A stretch of 64,000 nucleotides of DNA from contig CAVZRV010000011.1 in the NCBI GenBank assembly GCA_963777605.1, positions 96,001-160,000 of the forward strand. The letters run 5' to 3'. The translations under genes were made by a program, and so were the position numbers. The notes beneath the pieces are model-generated. The model ran no database searches. It saw nothing but the letters and a program-made list of their open reading frames with translations, and was not told the DNA's origin. Of this stretch, positions 9,035 through 17,149 are shown piece by piece. Source of the DNA: an uncultured Acidobacteriota bacterium. Its GTDB lineage: Bacteria; Acidobacteriota; UBA6911; RPQK01; JAPXNP01. Positions within the stretch are counted from its first letter, which is position 1. The number at the start of each line of letters is the position of its first letter.

Positions 9035-10099
9035 GTGTCGGGAGGGATTGAGCAGCGAGGAGAAGGCGGGCAGGGGCGGATTTTGATCGCACGGATCGGG
9101 GCGCTCGGTGACACCCTGATGGCGACACCGGTGATACGTGCGATTCGACAAACGAACTCGAACGCCCGGATCGACTTTCTCGCCTCTGCTTCGGCAGCCC
9201 CCCTGCTCGAGTTTCACCCCGACCTGGATCGCGTCCTCTCTTTGCAACAACGAAATTTCCCTTATTGGCTCTCTCCCGAGAAGTGGCGACTGGTAGCAGA
9301 ACTAAGGAAGGCCGGCTACCAATGCGGCGTGGTCCTCGAGAGTGCCCCCCGCTACCTGGAGCTCCTGAACCACGCCGGGTTGAAGCAGATCGTGGGATTT
9401 CACACGACCCCGTCCGATCCGAAGATCCACAGCGCCGCCAACAACCTCAGGGCGGCAGGATTTGAGGACTGGAAAGAGAGGCGGCTGGACGCCGAACTCT
9501 ACTTCCCCCCAAGGAGTGCAAGCCGTGCGCAGGAACTGCTCGATGGTCTCCCCCATCCTATCGTAGCGATCCACCCCGGCTACGGCCCCGCCCAGAAGAA
9601 GGCGGACCAGGCCGAGCGGCTGAAAGGCTGGCCGACGGCCGCCTTCCAGGAACTGGTAAAGCTCCTTCTCGGATCGGGAGCCGGCGTCATCGTGACCGGC
9701 TCTCCGGAAGATCGTGCGGAAGCCGAGCGGATCGCGGCACCAAGCATCGATGATTCACGTCTGCGAGTGGCCGCCGGGACGACATCTGTCCTGGAGCTTG
9801 CCGCCTTGATCGCCGAAGTCGACCTGTTCATTTCGGTCGACTCGGGACCAGCCCACATGGCGGCTGCCGTCGGGACTCCACTCGTGGTCCTCTGGGGTCC
9901 GGCCAAACTTCACCAGGTTCAGCCGATCTCGAACCGGAGCCCGGTCATCGTCTTGTCCAGCGGCGTTCCCTGCGCGCCCTGCTACGACACCCCTGCAATG
10001 AAGGCTTGCCGGGACAACATCTGCATGAAGCGGATCGAACCTGCTCAAGTCTTCACCGCAGCACGGCGAATTCTGTCGAACCCTGGAGGAACTCTGTGA
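9035..10099 (+). CDS. Glycosyltransferase family 9 (LPS heptosyltransferase-like)
   Basis: IGALGDTLMATP, ISVDSGPAHMAAAVGTP, C-terminal CAPC...C...C. Confidence 0.9.
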   Translation: MSGGIEQRGEGGQGRILIARIGALGDTLMATPVIRAIRQTNSNARIDFLASASAAPLLEFHPDLDRVLSLQQRNFPYWLSPEKWRLVAELRKAGYQCGVVLESAPRYLELLNHAGLKQIVGFHTTPSDPKIHSAANNLRAAGFEDWKERRLDAELYFPPRSASRAQELLDGLPHPIVAIHPGYGPAQKKADQAERLKGWPTAAFQELVKLLLGSGAGVIVTGSPEDRAEAERIAAPSIDDSRLRVAAGTTSVLELAALIAEVDLFISVDSGPAHMAAAVGTPLVVLWGPAKLHQVQPISNRSPVIVLSSGVPCAPCYDTPAMKACRDNICMKRIEPAQVFTAARRILSNPGGTL

Positions 10100-11832
10100 G
10101 ACGAAAAAGTGTCCAGTGCGCGAATCTTCTACTGGCTCTCCTCTTGTCCCCGCTGATCACGCTTTCCGGCGATGCCGCGAGCGGCTCCAACTGGGAGCAG
10201 AGAAAGGTTTCGGTACTCGACTACGGTGCGGTTCCGGGCGACGGGAAGAACGATCTGCCGGCACTGCGCGTGATGCTCGACGAATTGCGTGATACCGGGA
10301 ACGTCACGATCGTATTCCCCCGGGGGAGGTACGACCTGCGCGACGCGGAAGCGGTTGCGCTTATGAACTCGGTGATGGAGGGAGAGTTCGGGAACAACCC
10401 GGAGGCGGAAATGTTCCGGCCCTATCGCCCCTACGTTCGAGGACTCGACTTCAGCCGCTTCACCGACCTCAGGGTGGAAGCGGAAGGAGCCGAACTGATC
10501 TGTGACGGATGGATGGAACCGATCTCCCTCGACAACTGCCGCAACGTTACGGTGGATGGCCTGACCATCGACTACAAGCGCGCGCCTTACAGCATCGGGA
10601 CCGTAGTGAAGGTGGGCGACGGCTACTTTGACGTCAAGTTCGGCCCCCTCTATCCGGTCAACCGGGGCATTCCGACGCCCCGCGTCGGCTTCTGGGACCT
10701 CCGAGCTGACAAAATGGTCGGACGCTTCGCCTATCCGAAGACGTCCGATCTGATCGCGCCCCAAACGCTGCGCATCAATGCCTCTTGCCCAAAGGAAATG
10801 CTCGGCAATTACGCATTCATGGGGCACAGCTTCCATTTCCGCCCCGCCATCCTGATCCAGGAAGCCCAAAACATCGTGCTCAACCACGTCACCATTCACT
10901 CACAGCCCGGGATGGGGATCGTCGGGCACCGCTCCGAGAACCTCCGATTCAACAACTTGAGAGTAGTGCCCCGGGCCGGCTCGGTCATGTCTACCAACAC
11001 CGACGCCACCCATTTCACCTCCTGCTCCGGCTTCATTGAATTCGAGAATTGCCAGTTCGAAGGGCAGGGGGACGACTCGACCAATATTCACAACTACTAT
11101 TACTCGATCGAGCCGACCGCAACAGCCGCTAGCTACCTGCTCAAGGTCGGGGCATCGGGCGGCACCCACGCCCAGGTATTGGACCATCCAGATCCAGGGG
11201 ACCGCCTCGAGTTGGTCGATCGGGGAAGTCTCCGGGTCGTCAAGGTGGTAGAAGTCCGGTCCGTCGAGAACAACCCAGAGAAGTGGTGGAGCCGGGTGGC
11301 CCTGGACCAGGCACTCCCGGACGACCTCGGTGAATACCTTCTCATCAACGCGACTCGCCTGCCCCGGGTGACGATTCGCGGATGCCAGGTTCGCAGCCAC
11401 CGCGCCCGTGCGTTTCTGATCAAGACCCGCCACGTCCTGATCGAGAGCAACACGATCGAAAATACGACCGGAACCGGAATTCACATCGGGGCCGAAGGGG
11501 ACTGGAGCGAGGGCCCGGGATCGACCGACGTGACGATTCGCTACAACCGGATCATCCATTGCGGCTACGGAGAGGGCACCCAGAACGGCGCCGCAGCTAT
11601 TGCCGTCAACGTCAAAGCGTCCGGCCTCATCCGGCCCGGCGTCCACCAGAACTTGCGGATCGAGGGGAACCAGATCATTGGCGAGCAGTCCCCGTGCGGA
11701 ATCTACGTCATGGGCGCAAGCGACGTAGTGATCCGCGACAACGAGTACTTTGGAGTGAAGGAACCAGTCCAGGTCACGGAATCCGAAAATGTCCGAATCG
11801 AGGACCGGGAAGCACCGTCTACAACTCCCTGA
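10096..11832 (+). CDS. Secreted right-handed beta-helix glycoside hydrolase (GH110 alpha-galactosidase-like)
   Basis: GTG start overlapping the GT9 stop; signal peptide; SVLDYGAVPGDGKND; STNTDATHF...GQGDDSTNIH. Confidence 0.7.
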   Translation: MRRKSVQCANLLLALLLSPLITLSGDAASGSNWEQRKVSVLDYGAVPGDGKNDLPALRVMLDELRDTGNVTIVFPRGRYDLRDAEAVALMNSVMEGEFGNNPEAEMFRPYRPYVRGLDFSRFTDLRVEAEGAELICDGWMEPISLDNCRNVTVDGLTIDYKRAPYSIGTVVKVGDGYFDVKFGPLYPVNRGIPTPRVGFWDLRADKMVGRFAYPKTSDLIAPQTLRINASCPKEMLGNYAFMGHSFHFRPAILIQEAQNIVLNHVTIHSQPGMGIVGHRSENLRFNNLRVVPRAGSVMSTNTDATHFTSCSGFIEFENCQFEGQGDDSTNIHNYYYSIEPTATAASYLLKVGASGGTHAQVLDHPDPGDRLELVDRGSLRVVKVVEVRSVENNPEKWWSRVALDQALPDDLGEYLLINATRLPRVTIRGCQVRSHRARAFLIKTRHVLIESNTIENTTGTGIHIGAEGDWSEGPGSTDVTIRYNRIIHCGYGEGTQNGAAAIAVNVKASGLIRPGVHQNLRIEGNQIIGEQSPCGIYVMGASDVVIRDNEYFGVKEPVQVTESENVRIEDREAPSTTP

Positions 11833-12514
11833 GGCGATAACCTACACCGCGGACGGTTTGAATCAGCTCCCGTTCAGGGCCGAGCTTCCGGCGGAGAGCT
11901 CGGATGTGGACGTCCACGTTTCGTTCCGTGATGTGGACGTTGCCCTCGGTGATCGAGGAGAGCAACTGCTGGCGGGTCAAAACACGACCCGCATTCCCGG
12001 CCAGCGCCCGAAGCAGGCGGTACTCGGCAAGAGTCAGGTTGAGCAGATCCCCGCCCAGCCGAGCCTCATGCAGCTCCGGATTGAGCGAAACCGGTCCGAC
12101 TTCGATCGACTCCTGCGCCGGATCGCGGGGCGACACCAGGTCACTCCGCCTCAGGACCGCGCGGACTCGGGCAACCAGCTCCCGGACTTTAAAGGGTTTG
12201 GTCAGGTAGTCATCCGCTCCCAATTCCAGGCCCAGCACGATGTCGCTCTCTTCCCCGCGGGCCGTCAGGATGACGATCGGGATGAGAGCGGTTTCCGAAC
12301 GTTGCTTCAATCTCCGGCAGACGTCCAGCCCCTGAATCCCCGGGAGACCCAGGTCGAGGAGAATCAGCGAGGGAAACTCCGTTCGCACGAGGTCCAGCCC
12401 GACCTCGCCGGACTGCGCGGTGAGGATTCGAAAGCCCTCACGTTCGAGATTGTAACGAAGGAGTTCGATGATGTCGTTGTCGTCTTCGATGACAAGCAGC
12501 GAGCGCTGGTTCAT
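11819..12514 (-). CDS. OmpR-family response regulator, PhoB-like
   Basis: IEDD, LLDLGLP, LGADDYLTKPF, RNVDVHIRALRRKL, TVRGVGY. Confidence 0.92.
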   Translation of the reverse strand: MNQRSLLVIEDDNDIIELLRYNLEREGFRILTAQSGEVGLDLVRTEFPSLILLDLGLPGIQGLDVCRRLKQRSETALIPIVILTARGEESDIVLGLELGADDYLTKPFKVRELVARVRAVLRRSDLVSPRDPAQESIEVGPVSLNPELHEARLGGDLLNLTLAEYRLLRALAGNAGRVLTRQQLLSSITEGNVHITERNVDVHIRALRRKLGPERELIQTVRGVGYRLREL

Positions 12515-14274
12515 TGATCCCCGTTCCCTCCAGGACCGCCCAGATCGCCTCCCATTGCGGGAACGGTAAAGAAGATCGTGGTCCCTTGACCAATGTTGCT
12601 CTCCGCCCAGACCCGGCCATTATGCAGTTTCACGATGTGCTTAACGATGGCCAGTCCGATTCCGGTCCCCCCAGTTCTCCGGGATCGGTCCTTGTCAACT
12701 CGATAGAAACGTTCGAAGATCCGTCCGAGGTGCTCCGGAGCGATTCCGATTCCCGTGTCGCGAACCGAGAACACGAACTCGTCTCCCTTCCTGGCCATGG
12801 AAATCGTGATCAAACCGTCCTCAGTGTACTTGACCGCATTTTCGATGAGGTTCCGAAACACCCGGCGGATGTAGCCCTCAGCGGCCTGGAAAAGATCTGA
12901 CCTGGTCTTGCGCTCAACCCGGAGTTCCAGTTCCTTGTCTTCGAACTGGTCTTGGAACTCCCCGGCAACATCCTGAACCAGAGAATCGAAGTGGACTTCC
13001 CGGAGCCGCAACCGTCTTTCGGCCTGTTCCAGCCGGGACAGACTGAAGAGTTCCTCGATCATCTCGCTCAACTGGCGGGCATTCCGATAAATCTTCTCGG
13101 CAAACCCGCGAAAAACTGCCGGCAGGGTCTGTTCCTCGAGGAGGGTTTCGGCGTACCCCTGGATGGAAGTCAACGGCGTCTTCAGTTCGTGGGAGACGTT
13201 GGAAATGAAATCCTTATGGACTCCCTCGAGCCGGCGCAGTTCAGTGATGTCATGAAAGACGACCACGACGCCACGGGTCTCTCCATCCGAGCGAATGGTT
13301 GCGAATCGGGCCAGAAAGGCACGGTCATAGGCATGAATCTCCATTTCCCGGCGCCCTGACTCCCGACGAACCGCTTCGATCCCGTGGCTGACCGCAGTGT
13401 TCCCGGTCAGATCGAGGGGGAGCATCCCGGCCGAATTCTGCGTGACGTTGAACATCTGGTTGAATGCTGGATTGGTTCCCTCGACCCGACCCGCCCGGTC
13501 GATCACCAGGACTCCTTCCGACATGCTGTTGAGAACAGTGGTGAGGTGGTTCCGCTCTGATTCGAGCAGAGTCAACTGGTGGTCGAGCCGATGTGACAGG
13601 CTCTCCATCTGGCGCGCCAGTTCACCGACTTCATCCTCCCCGGCCACCGGGATCTCCCGAATGAAATGACCACCCCCGATCTGAATGGCCGCATCTGACA
13701 GGAGTCCGATAGAGCGGGTAAGGCGGCGCGACAAGAACCAACCCAACACCCCGCCACTGAGGATCAACAGCACTGTTGTGACAGCAAGGGCTCTGCGCAG
13801 CCGGATCGACCACGCTTCGATGTCATGCTGCTTCTGAGAAAGCCGGAGAATCCCTTTCCCTTCGGGGAGCGGGCGGGCGACGTAGAAGAGGTCGGCCTGT
13901 ACCGATGTGCTGTGCCGAATGCTGCTTCCCCGCCCGGTTGCCCAGGCCTCCAGCACTTCAGGCCGCCCGGAGTGATTCTCCATCCCGGCCAGCCCGGCCC
14001 CCGAAAAAGAGGAATCTGCGATAACCCGCCCGTTGGGAGCAATTACGGTAACCCGGAAGTGGCCCCGCTGCGAGAGTGCATCGACGTCCGCATCCAGGTT
14101 CGGATCATCGGAGTTGATCATCGGAGCCAGGATCTCGAGCGTCCGCTCGAGATCGGCAATCATCATCTCCTGAACGAACTTCCGGACACTATGGTTGGCC
14201 CAGAAGTAAAACGACCCGATCGAGACGATCACCAGCGACAGAAAGGAGACCAGTACTTTTAGCCTGAATGACAC
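12511..14274 (-). CDS. phoR: PhoR-like sensor histidine kinase (TM-HAMP-PAS-HisKA-HATPase)
   Basis: MENHSGRPEV, DFISNVSHELKTPLTSIQGY, NLIENAVKY, IFERFYRVDKDRSR, GGTGIGLAIVKH; likely GTG start at 14274. Confidence 0.88.
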   Translation of the reverse strand: MSFRLKVLVSFLSLVIVSIGSFYFWANHSVRKFVQEMMIADLERTLEILAPMINSDDPNLDADVDALSQRGHFRVTVIAPNGRVIADSSFSGAGLAGMENHSGRPEVLEAWATGRGSSIRHSTSVQADLFYVARPLPEGKGILRLSQKQHDIEAWSIRLRRALAVTTVLLILSGGVLGWFLSRRLTRSIGLLSDAAIQIGGGHFIREIPVAGEDEVGELARQMESLSHRLDHQLTLLESERNHLTTVLNSMSEGVLVIDRAGRVEGTNPAFNQMFNVTQNSAGMLPLDLTGNTAVSHGIEAVRRESGRREMEIHAYDRAFLARFATIRSDGETRGVVVVFHDITELRRLEGVHKDFISNVSHELKTPLTSIQGYAETLLEEQTLPAVFRGFAEKIYRNARQLSEMIEELFSLSRLEQAERRLRLREVHFDSLVQDVAGEFQDQFEDKELELRVERKTRSDLFQAAEGYIRRVFRNLIENAVKYTEDGLITISMARKGDEFVFSVRDTGIGIAPEHLGRIFERFYRVDKDRSRRTGGTGIGLAIVKHIVKLHNGRVWAESNIGQGTTIFFTVPAMGGDLGGPGGNGDQ

Positions 14275-14397
14275 GGTTACACCTTCGAACAGGGATCGGG
14301 CGCCGTGCCCAAAACCGGGCACCGCCGGCCGGCGTACGCGCCGGTGTGTCCACAATCATGCCTTCTCAGGAGAATTGTCCAATTTGTGGGCTGAAGG

Positions 14398-15120
14398 TCA
14401 AGTCATTGAGTCAGGCTGGGCCCGGTATCTAACGGGCGTGATGGTCGGCTCCAGCTTGTAACCGATTCCCCGGATGGTCTCAATGCAGTTCGCCTCGTTT
14501 CCCAGCTTGTCCCGGAGCCTCTGGACGTGGGTGTCTACCGTTCGTGTTGTTCCCCCGTAGCGATATCCCCACACCTGCTCCAACAGCCGGTCCCGCGACA
14601 GAACCCGCCCCCTGTGTCTGATCAGGTAGGCAAGCAGGTTGAACTCGGTTGTGGTCAGCCGGATGGGCTGGCCTTTCACCCGGACCTCGTACCGGTCGCA
14701 ATCCACCGTAATCCCATTGCACTTGAGAATCGGACTCGCGTCGTCAGGACCGGTCCGCTCCAGAACCCGCTGAACCCGAAGGACGAGTTCCCGAATGCTA
14801 AACGGCTTGGTGACGTAGTCGTCGGCTCCCAGTTCCAACCCCAGAACGCGATCTACCTCTTCGCTTTTGGCAGTCAACATGATTACCGGCAGGCCCTTCA
14901 GTTCAGCTTCGGATCGCACCTGCTTGAGGATATCGAAACCACTGATACCGGGAAGCATGATGTCCAGGATCATGAGATCAGGCGAGAATCTCCGGGCGCG
15001 CTCAAGGACGCGTGCACCTTCCGCTTCCGTAAAGCACTCGTAACCCGCCTTCTGCAGGTTGAAGCTCACGAGTTCAAGAATATCCGGATCGTCGTCGACA
15101 ACAAAAATCTTCTGCATCAT
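14398..15120 (-). CDS. OmpR-family response regulator, PhoB-like
   Basis: MMQKIFVVDD, ILDIMLP, TRTVDTHVQRLRDKL, TIRGIGY; start trimmed to ATG 15120. Confidence 0.92.
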   Translation of the reverse strand: MMQKIFVVDDDPDILELVSFNLQKAGYECFTEAEGARVLERARRFSPDLMILDIMLPGISGFDILKQVRSEAELKGLPVIMLTAKSEEVDRVLGLELGADDYVTKPFSIRELVLRVQRVLERTGPDDASPILKCNGITVDCDRYEVRVKGQPIRLTTTEFNLLAYLIRHRGRVLSRDRLLEQVWGYRYGGTTRTVDTHVQRLRDKLGNEANCIETIRGIGYKLEPTITPVRYRAQPDSMT

Positions 15121-15210
15121 CAAGCACCGCCCGCGTCGAGGGCGGCCCTCAGCAACCCTGGGGATTTTGCGGAGAGCCAACTCCCCAAGCCCAAAGGCTA
15201 GCAAACCAAT

Positions 15211-15239
15211 GTGCCAAGTCTGTTACAGACAGATGAATT
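15211..15239 (-). promoter_or_regulatory. Putative Pho-box-like site with three heptamers at 11-bp spacing
   Basis: Minus strand AATTCAT-n4-CTGTAAC-n4-TTGGCAC, about 90 bp upstream of the PhoB-like gene; the middle unit matches CTGT(C/A)A(C/T). Confidence 0.45.
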
Positions 15240-15255
15240 CACCGGGAAGAATCGG

Positions 15256-15585
15256 TTAAGATTCCGAATCCTCCGCAGTGACTCCACGAGGACGATCATC
15301 CGCTTCGCCTCTTGCCTTGGGCAAACCAATCGCTCGCAGCGATGCCTCCAAAACCCTGATGTAAGCTTCCCCTGCTGAAACGATTCGCCGCAGGCGATCG
15401 TTCTCGCCGGACAGATCCTCATTCTTCTCGGCCAGCAGTTTCTGGCTTTTGAGTTTCTCCTGCAGCCCACCCGCAAACACCAGCATTCGCTCATAGCGGT
15501 TGAGGAGTTCTTCGTAGAGTTCCCCATCCACCATCTCGGCAGGAACGGGAAGTCTTGGCGTGTTCTCCTCGTCTCGAGAACTCAT
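15256..15585 (-). CDS. Small hypothetical coiled-coil protein
   Basis: GAGGGGAA RBS-like sequence upstream; heptad-like LQEKLKSQKLLAEKNEDLSGENDRLRR. Confidence 0.65.
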   Translation of the reverse strand: MSSRDEENTPRLPVPAEMVDGELYEELLNRYERMLVFAGGLQEKLKSQKLLAEKNEDLSGENDRLRRIVSAGEAYIRVLEASLRAIGLPKARGEADDRPRGVTAEDSES

Positions 15586-15615
15586 TTCATTCCCCTCTTG
15601 GGTTGCTGTCGCGGG

Positions 15616-16704
15616 CTAACGCCCGAGTGGTTCGGCATATCGGTCGGCCTCTGCCGCGAGAGCGTCCCGGCTGCCCGCCAACCGTTCAAAATAGCTGATT
15701 GCCGCCAGGCCGGCTGTGTAAGTCCAGCCGCTCCCAACCGCAATCGAGAGCAGGGTGGATTTCTCGGGATAGGCTCTTTTGAGCCGGTGGCAGCCTTCCC
15801 GAACCAGCAAACCGGCGCCCAGAAGAGGCAGGATCTCTCCGGCTCGTCCCCGGTCGATCCGAAAACCGTGGGCGCGGGCAAGTTTGAGAAGCATGCCAAC
15901 CTGGACGGCCGATATCGGAATCACGTCTCCCACCGGAATCGGGATCGCCCCGATGAGCCCGGAACCGAACGCAGCCTGAGTGACGATACTCTTACAGATA
16001 CTCCTCCGAAACCCCGGCAGGTTCTGGGCCAGCGGATAGAGAGCCCGGGGACAGGAAGAGACGATCGCTTTCAGAATCCGCCGGACGCTGTCCGGCCAGA
16101 ACACTGAAACGGGGATCACCGACATTTGGAGTTGCCTGCGCGCTTCCGCGACGGCCACCCGCTCCTTTTCGACCCGGTCCATCTTGTTGAGCACCAGGAC
16201 GAAGGGCTTGCCCAGCCCGGCGTACTGCTGCAGCAATTGAAGCGTGTCCGTGGTGAATCCGCTGCTGCCGTCAAGCACAAATACCAGCACATCAGCTGTC
16301 TCCACCTCTTCCGGAACCCGACGGTTCCGACCGTACCCGAGATACTCTTCGAGCCCCTGCAAATCAATGATCGTGAACAGACGGGCCACCTGGTCAAGGT
16401 TTCCCTCGCCCAGGGCCGCTACTAGAGAAGATTTGCCGGTGCGCGCAGGCCCGATCATTGCGATGCGGATCGATTCCTCGGCACGCAGCCCTTCCCACTG
16501 CGAGAGCACCACGTTGAGCGCCCGCTGCATGCCGTCCGCACCACGCGCCGACGCGAGCACACGTCTCAGCCGATAGCGCGTGTCTCCTGGAAGAAGCAGG
16601 GCGACCTGTTCCAGCAGGTCAATCAATTCGGCCGGGCCCAGATCGCGAACGCTATCAAATAAACGACGGTTGTTACCGGTCTTCTGAAGGGAGACCTTGT
16701 CCAA
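15616..16704 (-). CDS. P-loop GTPase with C-terminal DUF697/YcjF-like hydrophobic domain
   Basis: G1 GPARTGKS, G3-like DLQG, G4 NKMD; C-terminal IGAIPIPVGDVIPISAVQVGMLLKLARAHG. Confidence 0.8.
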   Translation of the reverse strand: MDKVSLQKTGNNRRLFDSVRDLGPAELIDLLEQVALLLPGDTRYRLRRVLASARGADGMQRALNVVLSQWEGLRAEESIRIAMIGPARTGKSSLVAALGEGNLDQVARLFTIIDLQGLEEYLGYGRNRRVPEEVETADVLVFVLDGSSGFTTDTLQLLQQYAGLGKPFVLVLNKMDRVEKERVAVAEARRQLQMSVIPVSVFWPDSVRRILKAIVSSCPRALYPLAQNLPGFRRSICKSIVTQAAFGSGLIGAIPIPVGDVIPISAVQVGMLLKLARAHGFRIDRGRAGEILPLLGAGLLVREGCHRLKRAYPEKSTLLSIAVGSGWTYTAGLAAISYFERLAGSRDALAAEADRYAEPLGR

Positions 16705-16713
16705 CAGTTCCTC

Positions 16714-17145
16714 CTATCGGTCTTTCGGATCCGGCCACCCAAAACCGGGACCCTCGATGGTGAATGACTCCTCGACAAATCCACCGGGAGCCCACCTAAA
16801 ACAGCGTACAACAGGAAGGCGATTCTGCATAGATACGATCCAGCAGGCGGCGTCACGATACTCGTATTCCTCCAGGTCCCTGCGCGACGGATGTCCTGGC
16901 CCTCGGGGATGGGAGTGGTAGATGCCAAGTAGACTCCTGCCGGACAAGCGGATCTGACGAAAGCCGTCAAACAACTCGGCGACCGGAATCGAGAACGCGA
17001 CTTCGCTTTGTTCCCCATTGTCGCAGGGAAGCAGGCGATCGATCAAGTTCCCTCTGCCGTAGAGCAGGCCACAACACTCGATCGGGAATTCCCGATCGGC
17101 ATGCTCAAACATCCGGTCGATGACCGTCGCTGAAATCTGCACCAT
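16714..17145 (-). CDS. JAB/MPN+ (M67 family) metallopeptidase
   Basis: PIECCGLL and IYHSHP...PSRRD JAMM motif. Confidence 0.9.
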   Translation of the reverse strand: MVQISATVIDRMFEHADREFPIECCGLLYGRGNLIDRLLPCDNGEQSEVAFSIPVAELFDGFRQIRLSGRSLLGIYHSHPRGPGHPSRRDLEEYEYRDAACWIVSMQNRLPVVRCFRWAPGGFVEESFTIEGPGFGWPDPKDR

Positions 17146-17149
17146 TTCT

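Noticed and set aside
15199-15217. Sigma54-like TTGGCAC...TTTGCT upstream of the PhoB-like gene
   Set aside because: GG-GC spacing is 11 nt rather than the required 10; it would be valid only if an indel error exists
16714-17145. JAB as part of a CBASS or Bil anti-phage system
   Set aside because: No CD-NTase, E1, E2 or ubiquitin-like gene is nearby, and the context is housekeeping
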